From the NCBI GenBank assembly GCA_964658305.1, contig OZ210884.1, positions 6,510,001 through 6,574,000 of the forward strand: a DNA stretch of 64,000 nucleotides, given 5' to 3'. Position numbers and translations under genes: made by a program. This document shows, piece by piece, positions 23,852 to 37,300 of this stretch (position 1 is the first letter of the stretch; every line of letters begins with the position of its first letter). This DNA is from Leptogorgia sarmentosa (Eukaryota). The notes beneath the pieces were generated by a model. It saw nothing but the letters and a program-made list of their open reading frames with translations. It did not search any database and was not told the DNA's origin.

Positions 23852-26800
23852 CAAAATGTTTACGTTAATTGGAGTTACCGTTGTTGTGTATTCACTTACC
23901 AGCAATTCCTTTGGTCTTGCAAGATGTTCCTCCCAAGGTGGTAGCTCTTGCAATGATTAAACCAGAAGCCGCCGTTCCCTTTTTATAAGTTAATTGGCTC
24001 GGATTTTGAAAAACAGGAATGCTATCTCTTTTGCTCATATAATTAATCCCTGAGGGAAATAAACTTATAGTAAACAAAGGACAACGCGTCACTGCATGGG
24101 CGAATAGAAATGAGTCATCAAATTACTTCAATTACTCTCAACTCAAATAACTTCTTTGACTTTCTTTCATCTTTTAGCACAAAGAGCGGCGTTTCGGTAC
24201 AGTTAGTTTATTTCCCCCAGCCAAAGCCACATTACTCCTAATGACTTGCAAATAACAATAAATAATCCGAAAACTCAAGTAATCACCTTTTTTACGGTAG
24301 TTTATTGGGACTGAAAGCGGTTGTGGACTTCTCGTTCTCTTAATAGTGTCAAATCTAAAGCGTGAATCTGCATTATTGCATGCATATTGAATGCTTGAAA
24401 TGTAAAAAATTACATAAACTTTGTATGGATTCCATATAATTGATCCCTGAGGTAAATTAATCCACACAAAGCACAACCTTCCACAACACTGTTTATTGTA
24501 GAAGTTTGTCACAAATTACCGCGGTGATTACTCTTAGTTCAAAAAAAATATTGACGCAAAACTTTAAAAAGAAAAATAATTGCTGTACAATTATTTCTGT
24601 TTTTAGCATTTACAAAAGCGTTTACAAAGTCGTTTCGCAACAGTTAGTTCATTTCCCTCAGAACGCCACGTCACTGTCATGCAATGACTTGCAAATAACA
24701 AGAAATAATCCATGGCTCGAGTAAACACTTTTGACTTTAGTTCATTTGGAAAACGGCTGGGGCAGTCTTCTGAATTCTTGTGTAGGCGAAATACATGCAA
24801 ACAAAAGCCTTAATCTGGATAGTACGTCATAAAATACATGAAAAGTAATAAAGCCACGTAACGTATACTGTGCATGCATGTTATTTCTCATTTCTAACTC
24901 GCAACTGTGCTATACATAAACCAAGTTTCATTTAATCAGAACTGTCACACAGCAAAAAATTGGAGCTTGCAGTTCAACAGGATTGAACAATGTTTTGCTG
25001 CCCATATTGTTCATAGTTGTTAACAAAATTAGACAACATTGTTGTGTCTGAATGTGAAAACGTAGAGTTGCATGTAAAATTCTACAGCTTTATTAATTAT
25101 TGCATGATTATAGAAAGCATTTCAGTATATGGGGTTCTAAACGTCATGTTTCTGCAGATTAAAGATTAATATCGCTATAAACAGCAGCAGGTCTACGCGG
25201 ATCTAAGTCCGTTTGCTCCTACATTCACTAACGGCGATATTTTACTCGCTTAATGTAAATGTAATCAAATGCATGGAAAGTACAGATTTTTCTCACGTAG
25301 AGAAGAATCGTTTTTCAGAGCATCAATTTTCTTCTCGAATCATTTTTGTACATGACACATGTTTAATGGTATGCTGGGGGCATATATTTCTATTTTCGGT
25401 CTGTTCTGACTTCTGAAGCTCACACGCAGACACCTTTTATTGATTTAACTGTGATGAATTATGGTCATTAGCATATTTATAATTAGTTCAACTAAATTGA
25501 ACGTGTAAACTGTCTTACAGTACTGGGGGGATAAACAATTTATTTCTTTTCGGAATTGCGCGAGATAGATATTGTGGCATACAATTAACGAGTAAAATCG
25601 ATAAATCACAAATCGGTGAGTGCAAACGTACGGTAGAGAAAGGTATAGAGACATTTCTACATTTCAGTTATCATGTTCTCCTATGCAACATTTTATGTCG
25701 CTGTTAATTTCTTTTGAGTTGTAATTACAGGCACGTTATGTTAGGCCAAATTAGTTCGTCAAAGTGCTGTGGGAAAATATATATTCTTTTGGAAAATTAT
25801 GATCTTTATCTTGTAAAATACTACTTTTTAATATCGAAACAACGTCAAACATTCATTCGCATTTCATTTTTTTGGGTATATCGATCATCTACTTGTCAAA
25901 TAAACGTTTAAGCGTTTTTAATATCGCTGCTCATAAATTCCTCTAATACTTAGCCTAGCACCTGCTGCATGTATAGATCTGTGTAATTATGTACGTTAGC
26001 TGTGCGTGTGGTTTAATGAAATTATTCTTGTAAGACTTAACAACAAGACGAAATAATTGAAAACGAACATTATCCATCCATATAGCAAAGAGACTACACC
26101 TGCAACATGATCGTCCCAGCGCATTAACAGGTAAGATGTTAACAGAAAGCTTTTTGAAGTTTATTCTGGCTTGATAAATAGCTAAATTCTTTCTTATAAC
26201 AGCAGCGCAGATATGACATAGTTCACACGATTCATAATACGAATTGGCGTCTCTGAACAAAATAATGTGGCAACTGACGTAGCGCCACAAAAAAATTTTC
26301 CCTAATTTAAAAATTCGAACCGAAAATGATAGAAAAATTAATGTTCCTTTCACTCAGGAATGATTTTTTCACCGATTCAACAAGTCATGATTTTTCGGCT
26401 GTGTTGAATTTATTAGTAAGACAAAACTGATATGATCGTAGTTACGCGTGTTGTTTCTGAATACGTATATACGCGACCTAATTTCCATAGTGTGTTTTGT
26501 TTCGCAAAAAGTTTTTTTTCTTCAGCCACTTTCTACACCAGACCAGGACTAGTATATATCTTTGGAAATTAGTGTTTGAGCAAAAAGCATGCATGACGGC
26601 TTAACAGGAGTGTGATTTTTCTCATTTCCATATAAGCTAAGTATTTTAATTTTTTATTAACTGAATTAACCTTGCAAGTATAATAGAAGTTGAACGCATT
26701 AAAAGTATATACAATTTTTCTCGTTGATTAGAGGACAAATCAGGGGATGTATGTAATAATTATATATACTGTAGAATTATATTATGTAATATTAAGCATT

Positions 26801-27271
26801 TCATCATTACACAATTTCTTTTAAATGCGAAAATACCTGACTAGACATATTGCTATAGCTTATACCATTATCAGACGATCTAAGTAAACTATTGGAAGAA
26901 TTATTTATTTTGCTTTCAAATGACGAAATTTGTGTTTATCTATATAGTTGATATTGCATGTCACATAGCTGAATTATATATTTGTATTTACTCGCTTTAC
27001 TTTCTAATCACATGATTGCAATTATTGTGTTGGGAAAATAGCAATTAAGATAAGAATACCGAGGAAAGTAATATAGCTATAATCAATAATCGATCAATGT
27101 ATATTTTAGGCTTGAAATTGAACTTTATGGGCATTGAAATTTCAAACGTAACATTTAGTATATGGAGTTTAAATTTGATTTTCACTGTATTTTTTCCAAA
27201 TTTCTAAAGCTCAGATTCACCCTCAAGAACTGTCGCAATTGAAATACTGCAGGCGGGAATCTTAATCTAAA

Positions 27272-27518
27272 TATGAATATTAATGCCCAGCAAGCGATTT
27301 TTAATGCATACATATTAAAACCATTCAGTTCAGTTATTAAAATTTATTGCTAACGTTTCATATATACCTATATAATCATGTATATTATTATATAGATACA
27401 TCAACTATTACATAAAGCTCTGATGATGTTGCGATGTAGCAACAAAACGTTAGCAATAAAACTGAATGGTTTTAATATGTATGCATTAAAAATCGCTTGC
27501 TGTGCATTAATATTCATA
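27272..27518. mobile_element. Penelope-like terminal remnant: inverted repeat enclosing a hammerhead motif (27417-27454)
   Basis: Arms 27272-27359 and 27444-27518. Motif GCT-CTGATGA-T-GTTGC(gatgta)GCAAC-AAAAC-GTT-AGC. The inverted left arm retains the canonical GAAACGTTAGC. Confidence 0.7.
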
Positions 27519-28376
27519 AATTATTTAGATAAAGACCTCAAGAGTTAGCACTCGATATTTCTAATTTGAGAACATGCCTGGGCAATGCCTACGCCAGACT
27601 ATCGTCTGAGTACCAACAACACACGTCGCCAGCGTAGGTAGCACTTCAGGATAACGAACAAGAGCAGGAATTAGGTCCTTCGGTCGAAACGTCGAATCTG
27701 TTTTATCGTTTAGGTAGTGAGATTATCCTTGCTTCTCTTGTTCATTATCTGTGTAACCTTGCCTGGAAAATTATGAATAGTGATTGCCCGGCTCTTTTAT
27801 TAGTTCATTTTATATATACACGAGGAATTTAAAGTGATATTTTTAATATCCAATTTTCATCAATGTCGTTTAGTTTGGTATCAATCATTTGTAGCTACAT
27901 GTATACATAGGCATACGGGCCATTTTTCAGGTTTTTCCTCGAATTTTATTGTACCGAATTTTGAACATCTATAGAACTTCAATCCATATAGATTGCCGGA
28001 AACGACGATTGCAGACTTTGTATGCCTGTTTAGATTACCTTATTCCTCAGATTTTTGTCCGAATTAATACTTAAAATTTAAATCCGAAGAGTGAAATACA
28101 GTTCGGCTAATTACGAATTAGCACTTTCTTTTCGCTTCACTATGTTATATTAATTATTAACTTCGGACCTAGGGCAAAAAATTAAGCTATAAATTTTTTA
28201 TTGCCTCATCAGTTTGTATCATTAACAATGCATGACAACTAGAAAAAGGAAAAGAATGGCCAGTCTCTGCAGCGTGCATGTCCGCATACAAACCTGAATA
28301 TAAATACAGGTATGTTGTACATGCAGCGTATTAATACTGTAACTTTTGTTAATCCTAAAACTCTTTCAGTCTCGCG

Positions 28377-31300
28377 ATGGCTGGTTGGACTTTAGGAAGA
28401 TATGCAATTATTGTTGTCATTATGCAGGGGATTACAACATCACAAGGTTTGTTGACGAAATCGGTAATGAATGATTGTGGTAAAACCAGCTATAGTCAAT
28501 ACAATACGTACATGACGCTCCTTGACGAGGCAGCGTTCATCAATTTTTACTGATGAAAAGTCGTTTCACCGGTCAAATTCGACAATATAAAACGTCGAAC
28601 ACTATATAGGAAGTGAATTCATGATGTATCATGTGTGCATACACAGGTTTTATTTTTTACACGCTGCCAAATTGAAAACTAGCCTGAACTGGCGGCTCAA
28701 CCGGTTGTCTTGTCTCTAGTGGCTTGGTTGTACAGTACTAGCTGTCTTTTAATATTTTATTTATTGACGGGAGTAACGATTGACTGGCAACGATTACGTA
28801 GCTATTATAAGCTGAAAAAGTCGGGTCGTGGACTATTAAATAGATGATTAGCTATACTTAGTAATAAGATATACCCAGCCCATGCAGTGTGCCAAGCGGG
28901 GAAAGTGGTGCCAGGGGCTAGCCTCTGCCACACGTACCCAGGGCCGGCGCTAGAACGTTAATTGGGGGGGGGGGTGTGCATATTCATATTTTGGCGTTCT
29001 GCCGACTGATTTCTTTTGAAATCAGTTGTTTATGAATTAATTTCTAAAGAAATCAGTCGGCAGAACGCCAAAATATGAATATGCACCCCCCCCCCCCCCC
29101 CAATTAACGTTCTAGCGCCGGCCCTGCACGTACCGGACCTCGCGATCCTTTTCATACAGTTGTTTAATATTTTGTTGATATGTTTATGATTTTTGTAGGT
29201 TGGTTACCTAGATTACCAGCTAAACCCACCCCAGCACCTAGCACAACTATCAAACCATTTCTTCAAGAAGGTACATATATACATGCCGCTAGACTGTCTG
29301 TCATGCATTTGCATTTTTTCGAAATAAATTTGTTGTACAGATAGTCTAAATACATTAAATTCCTACTCCTTGTCAACAATAGACACTCTTCTTTACTCAA
29401 ATTTGAAATAATAATCACCATCCCGCTCGTTTCATGAGCAACAAAACGATTGCATTTATATACCATGGCTAACATCACTAAACCAGTTGAGGATTAGGCG
29501 AGTTAAGCGTAAAGTTTTAATACACTGCGAGTTTATGTGAGCTTATGCAAGTAAGCAATCTGCACTATTTCCGTTTGTGAGACAAAAACCTATATTTTTT
29601 GCCTTCATTATCTGCAATGTCGTCATTTTGAATATTTTTGCACCACTTATTAACTGGTCATTTTGAAAAAATCATACAAATGCGTACAAAATCATCTTAT
29701 AACAAAATATTTGTCGAAGCACTGTAGACAGTGTCTTTTCTCCTGTCTATATAATTATAAAATTCACCGCAACTAAATGATTACATAATTTTTCAGGAAA
29801 GTATCCAGACTGGAATTTCACAGATGGTTTAGGTGGCTGGAAAAATAAAGAACCCCTGCGTTGGGGCGTCGTGAAGACACAGATGAGTGACATGGGAATA
29901 TTGACTGGACAACAAGGTATGAAAATTTAGGCCTAGTTTAGACGTCGAATTTTTCATGTGCCGAACCTAATGTTAATGAGCATTATCAAATAATCTTTGT
30001 TTGAGCTCATTTGCATTAGGTTCGGCACATGAAAAGTTCGACGTCTGAAACAGGCATGAGGCCTGTTTCAGACGTCGAACTTTAGTCGCGTCGAATGCAA
30101 TTCAGACAAAGGATAATGAGCTGATAATGAGGCAAGTTATCTCATTATCTATTGTTCTAATTGCATTCGACGCGACTAAAGTTCGACGTATGAAACAGGC
30201 CTGAACTAGACCTTATTCTATCGTCTAATTGGCCATTACCGAATCCAGAGCAGAGGACTGCGTATATTCGCTTGTTTTGGAGGGACAAAAATAAACAATA
30301 TGCCGAATATGACATATATACGAAGTTTTTCTAAAGTTTTTCTAACTTCCTAAAGTTTTTTCGTGCAGCCTCAAATGCAAAAAATATAATTAAAAGCATT
30401 CTTAGTATGTATTCCCTCGAAACATCAACTACACCCACTTATAAATACATATCAAAATCGTTTCAAGAAACTCCTCGATCTGGATAAATCAAAACAAATA
30501 GTTGGCGCCCGTGATTAACTTACTTGTTTTTCGTTTCGAACTGCTGTTAACAACGCAATTGTTGTATATGAATAACCATCTGACTTATTTTTGTATAATA
30601 GTTTCCTTGATTTTATGCTTTACGTTCCAATTGTGTGCTGCGGGCACATCATGTACTATTTCATATGTTTGGTATTGATTGAGCATCTTGTTGTGAATTG
30701 GCAACGAATATATGCGAATAATGGGTTGGTTGATAGCAGACAGTGGCCAAGCCAGAACAATAATTTGGAGGCACAATCATATATTCGTGTTCTGCGGCAT
30801 TAATTTCGTTTGAAATCTATTGTTTATTTTTTATGGCATGCATGTGAACACGAATATATGAACCCCCTCTCCCCCAATTATCGTCCTCAGTACACCACTG
30901 ATATGTTGCTTCCGTCTTTTAGCTTTCCTAACTAGCATCATCACCTTTTTCACATAATTATAGGAGATGGAGATGGCTTTGCTGTCATCAAACCGGAAAG
31001 ATACATTTTTACGAAAAAAGCTAAACTGTACAGCAACTTTATCACTGGACCTGTTTGCATGAGATTCTATTTCTATCTTTATGGCAAGAAAACTGGACAA
31101 TTGAAGATTCTGACCAGACGTAATAACTCAAAATCAGAAACTTCGGTGTTCAAACAATACGGTAATCATGGTCATCGATGGAATTTTGCCCAAGTTTTCT
31201 TGGATTTTTCCCCGTTGGACACTTTCCAGGTAAATTTTACCAACTTCCTCTTTTTTCTAGTCCTTTTGATTTCATGCTTGTTTCTCCAAATGATAATTCT

Positions 31301-34300
31301 TTTCCTGATGTCAGAACTAATTGTAGTCTTTATTGGCCAAGAAAGAATTTTCGGTGGTTATTTTGCTTCATTCACTACTCAAAATCAACTTCTGGCTACG
31401 AGAAAGCAAACTGGTGGCAGTTGCTTTAAGGAGTAAAATTAGTCACAATACGCACATGTACATGGGCGTACCGGGCGGAGGGGGGGGGGGGGGGGGGCGG
31501 CAGCCCCCCCAGTTTGTTGGGCAAACAAGGCCAGTCGGGCAATATTCGCCTCACAGTCGGGTAAATGATTGTCATACACACTGATATTACATGATAAATT
31601 AACTTGTGAATGTATTATGTATACGTATTAATTAAATTTAACGCGAATATGAGTATCAATTACAAAATAAAAGTCGGGCAATTCTCTAGATAGCCGGGCA
31701 AATTGCCGACCGCCCCCCTGAAAAATGTTGGCCGGTACGCCCATGCACATGTATAGGACGAAAAATGGATTTGCATCGGCAATGGCCGCGTATAAGGTTT
31801 GCTAATGTGTAAATTATGTACAAATTGGTAAAAAGAATATTGGCAGGTAAATTTTCACCCAATAAAAATTCTTTTACCTTCAGAGTAGACCCGAGTATAG
31901 GATAAATTTGGTCAAATTAGCTTTGATTTGCACAAGTGCACTATCGGGTATTTTTATTCTCAATTTGCACAACATTTGCAACCTTGGAAAAAGTAATGCA
32001 ATCGTGGCCATTGCCTGCGAACTGTGCATCATTTATGCACATTTATATACTTATTATTAAATAAACCTCGTTACATTCAGGTAGTTTAATTGGTTAATTA
32101 TGTTCACGTGATATTGATTATTGAATAGAAGGTTCTCTTTCCCAAGAGTGCAATAGTACGAACACTATTGCCCTCTGGAGAGTGCAATATAATATTCGTA
32201 CTATTGCACTCCTCGTTTTCAACACGCTTTTCGTACAGTGATCGCAGTTTATTTGATACACCGTTTATTATTTTAGTTCTTGAAAAGGAATAGCCTATTT
32301 TGGTATTATATAAAACAAATAATGAATGTTTTTATTCGTGCAATGCTAAGACTTTTCATGAGGTGAAAGATGGAATGAGTTGAATGGGCCATTCTACTGT
32401 AGTATATCTTAGCTACCTCATGAAAATATTCTTACCATTGTACGAATAAAAACATTCATTATTTGTATGTTATTTCCTGAAGGTAATCATATACGGAACC
32501 GTCCATAGCGCTGCTGTTCCTGCTGGCTTGGCTATCGACGACGTATCATTTACCAACGAAACATGTGAGCTGGTACCTCAAGGTTTGTAAACTTCTCAGT
32601 CAACGACAGCGAAATCTTTCACGAGAAATTTTGTATGCAAAATGCGGATTTTAACACAATCATGCATGAACTGTCCTATTGAATTCTCCCACATTTTTTC
32701 GTTTGTAGGATTTGACTTTTAAGCTGATGTAACACGGAAAGATTTTCAAAGACAATTCGCAATGCAACAGGCGGCCAAATCATGCAATCAAATCTCGTGC
32801 AACTTGCATTGCGAATCGTTGCTGAATATCATCCCGTGTAACATCAACTTTACCCACTGGCAAGTCAATTTTTTTTCTTGCAAAGAGAGAATTCAATATA
32901 ATTATTCATGTACAACCGTCTGCATTGCGCAGACACAAGTTTTTATCAAGGATTCCATGGTTTCATCGTTGAGGCTTTCAGACATCAGTACTACAGGGTG
33001 TATAAAAAAGGCTATAGTTTTTGAAATTTAAATTAGGCATCATCAAGTTATCCTTTGTGAATAAAGTACGTTTTTTGGGACGTATCATCAACTCTAGCCA
33101 CTTCAGAACAATCGCATCACAACAGGGTGTCCCAAAAAAAAGTGACCTCTATAGAAATCACTCTTTTGTTGTTAATCTCGGTTTATTGCACCTCTGGAAA
33201 TTTAAATTAGCTTTTGACGAACAGCAACAAAAGCGCGTGCTGTTATAAATACTTCTGTCGCGTTCATGAGCCATTCAATTATATTCTGAAAGGCATAACA
33301 ACGCACCGTTGAAAACAAGGGAGCTAATTTCTATAGAGGTCACTTTTTTGGGGGGACACCCTGTATAATTATGACAAATTTGAATTTCAAAGTCTAGCCA
33401 TTTTAAAGTTGGACATGGAGCAAATTAATGCCAGGTCCAAAATTGCCTTTAATCTTGGTGTTGTTTTTCTGTCAATTATACAGATCGACGTTTCAACTGC
33501 ACCTTTGACACTGGATATTGTGGATGGAAATTAAAAGGATCAAAGAGAGTTCAATACGAGAGAAGTAAGAAAAGAAATCTAGAATGTTGGGTTTAGTAGA
33601 ATAATACGAAAAATGCTGCAGTATAGGGGGTTTCTGCGGGAAAGGAATCTGCAGTCGTATAAGTGCTGCATCCTCATGTTGGCAAAACACAGTATACAAC
33701 AGTTTAGTGCACTTTTGTCTATCGTAATTAGCTCATCCCAGGAAAAACAGTGTGTCCCAAAAAGGAGACTACACTTTGATGCGTTAGTGCCGCATGTTGA
33801 ATTTGAATGTCTTTCCTCCCTAATGAACCCAAAACCTTTTCAATTTTCAAACTTATCAATGATATTCATGCATTCTATTCTGTGTTATTTTAGCGGAACA
33901 AATCCAATTGACTTGCAATGCAAATTAAAATATACTAGTTTTTAACTCTGTCGTTTTTAGCATTCTTGGGCTCATTATGGAGTTCAAAGCATTCAAATTC
34001 GAGCATGTGGCACGATCGCTCAAACACAAAAGGCAGCTGCTAATTCGTGTATATTTTACAGAGCTGGAGCAATACATCTTTTCCTTTTACCCCGGGCAAC
34101 AAGGGAGTCTACAGAGTCCAAAGATCTTCGCAAGGAAGGCTTGTTTGACCTTTCAGTACATTTCAAGGCGTTGGTGGTCTTTGGATAATTCTCGGATGTT
34201 TGTTTATGTGAAAGACTATGAAAACAAGCAGCTACTTCCTATTGGCAATAAAATACTGTATTACGACAGCTTAAACTTAAAGTGGAATACAATGAAGATT

Positions 34301-37300
34301 CCTTTAAATGTTGAACATGGTTTTACAAAGGTGAGTTACCTGAAATTCAAGGAGAATCATTTAGATAATAAAGCGTATAGTTTCACTTGTTGCATGGACT
34401 ATCTGTATTTAGTTAAATCATAAGAGTATACTATTGTAAATGCTGTAATTTCATTGACTACTTTACTCGCTAACTATTGTTCGACAGATAGGAAGTAGCA
34501 GAACAACTCGCAATACAATATGGAGTATATTTATAATTATGCAAATTTAGTTTCCAGTGTTTCCCAAGGTGATCAACTCATTTGATAGGAATTATAATCA
34601 ACTTTTCACTTCCTAAGTTGGCCAATCTCGATGGGGATTTGAACTCGCATAGCTCAATTAGTAGAGCGGCGGTCTAGATACCCGAAGATGCGAGTTCAAT
34701 TCCCGCTCGAGACAACGAATTTTTCGTTGTTGTTCCGCAGTGTCAAGTTTTTCGTATCGCTGAGGATGGTTCTGAAATTGCGTTTATATAACTGTATATT
34801 AACACTGGAATAATTCGATAAATTTCATTGGTAGAAAATTTCAAGGTTATATATTTCAATCCAACAAGTACCTGCTTTCTAAAATATTTTAGGTGGTGAT
34901 TGATTTCCATCTGGACAAATTCGATATTTCATTTGCAAATATTGTTCTAAGCACGGAAAGTGAAAATTGTGGAACCGTTGGTAAGTTTGTTCGATACGCT
35001 ATAGGTTTGATGTAATGACCAGTAAAACAGAAATCACTAATTGCGTGAAATTACCTGGAATGTAGTTTTAGTCAGTACTGAAAATACGATCAGCACGTTA
35101 TTAAATTCAATTCAATTAAGCCAAACCATATATAACACTTTTTCCTTTTTTTCTCAGTGGAAAAACTATTCTTCGTATCTACAAGGAAAACGTCTCCGAA
35201 GGAGTATGAAATATCAAACGAAGGAAGATATTGCAATTTATACCCTTCATCATACTTTACTGCTTATATTACTCCCAGCCCAGAATACCCTGTACCACTC
35301 TTGATGTATTTGGACACTCATCATATGACATTGAGTGAAAAGGAAGACAATTCTCTTGGCGATTTAGTTGGACATTTTTACGTCAGTTCGACTTCACATA
35401 CAAACGACTCAGCTATATCTTATGCCATCAATGAAGATAAATATGGGGAATATATATCTGAATTTGCAAGCTCACCTGCCGAGGCAAACTGGACGAAGAA
35501 TGTCGTATATGTTAAAAGTCACACAGTTTATGAAGGTTAAGCGATTGTAGTGTTTGTCAATGCCGTTTTCATTTTTTTATAAACTACTGTTATGTTCATT
35601 TTTCCTTGAGTTATTAGCAATATATTGATCGGCTTTTACAAAACTGTGAAAGTCTTCCCTTTTCAAGCAAAGCTATTTTATTCAGCCTACGAGGAAACAA
35701 ATCATTCATTTATCATTTAAAATCTTTATATTACTTTTAGATAACAGATATTGCCCACCAGGATACTTTAGAATAGCAGAAAAGTGTTTGTGGTTTCTTT
35801 GTGAGAAAGACATCCATGATGGAGCCGCAGCAAAGTGTTCGGAAAGCTTCGGATCTCTGGCGTCCTTTGATTCAAATAATCTACACCTTGTTGGTGAATA
35901 CCTAGAGCATATTCAAGTGAGGAGTACTGGAATTTCTTATGTTACAATTGGATTGTCCAGAAAGGATAAAACATGGGTGTGGTCAGATGGAAAGGTGTAT
36001 AATGATAGCAGAGGTATATTGGGTAACAGCAACAATGTCGCTTTTCTCACTTGGAATGAAAAGGCAAAGGAGTGGGAACTAATGGGAGCTGAGCTGGCAA
36101 GTTTGAGGCTTCATTTGTGCGAGAAGAGTAGAGGTAACATCGCACATATTTTATTCTCAATTTTTGCAGTCAAGAAATTAGAAACAGTTTTTTGTGCTTT
36201 CAGTATTGAATAAAAGATTAGTAGGTCGACGATATGGATCCTTCTTTTGCCTAATTTTATATTTGATGGGATTTAGTTGAAATGTGTCAAGAAAACTAGG
36301 CTCCTACAAGGCTTTATTTATGACGATAACTTTCGCTTTGAAATACATGGCTAAACCAGAAGTAGTCAATATAAATTTACGTGTTTTGATTAGCTTAGCG
36401 CCAACAGGTAAACAAATGTGCTGATTGGTAAAAAAAATTCTCCCTTGCTGTCTAATCCGATCCTGGCTATTATATTTATGCTGAGTAGGTCTGTAAACGA
36501 TATAATACCATAGTTTCTCATGAAATTTTGAAAATCGTCCACTCGTGCCTTTTAAAAATTAAGTGACTTATGCATGTGAAACTAAACCTGCGAACATACA
36601 AGCAGCTCTACTTCAAACCAACCTACAAGTTGTTATATTTCCTGTTTCCTTTCTTTATAGAAAATCTTGCATATGACCTGAGAAGCGAACAGTCTACTAC
36701 CAAATCACATTTCTCCTCCCAATTAGCTGTTGATGGATTTTCGTACACTTGCAGCTCAACAAAACTGCCATTCAACGTATGTTTCATTGATGATTATTTA
36801 TTCTTTAAAGATTAATTGTAAATGAAGTGTCACACTGAGGAGATTATATACTTCATTTACCCTCAACCCATTTTGAAGGCATTACCACCCAAATACGCAT
36901 TACTAACCGCTGTTGTCGTCAGCTGTATACCTTCCTAGCTTAGATCAAAGTTAGAGCAATGCACGGCGTCGCATCGCCCTGGCATAAGTTCGAGTAGCGA
37001 ACGAAACAATGCTGTGTTATAATTTAAAATACATAGTCATGCACAAATTAACATATATACCTTTCAGAGGTTGTTTCTATATTTAGACCCTTTGTATCTT
37101 AATTTTAATGCCAATCTTGACGCTGATTTAAAACTTAAACCTAATCCCCTATCCTAATGCCCTATCGCTAGCCCAAACCATATTTCAAATAAGCTAAAGC
37201 ACCCCCTAAATCGTGACTCGTATAACTTAACACCTTATTCATTCGTTCATTTTAGAGAAAACAAAATTCTTGGTGGGAAGTAAAATTGGCAAATGAGCGA

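Noticed and set aside
34645..34712. Functional tRNA gene
   Set aside because: Acceptor and anticodon stems do not pair properly; treated as a tRNA-derived repeat.
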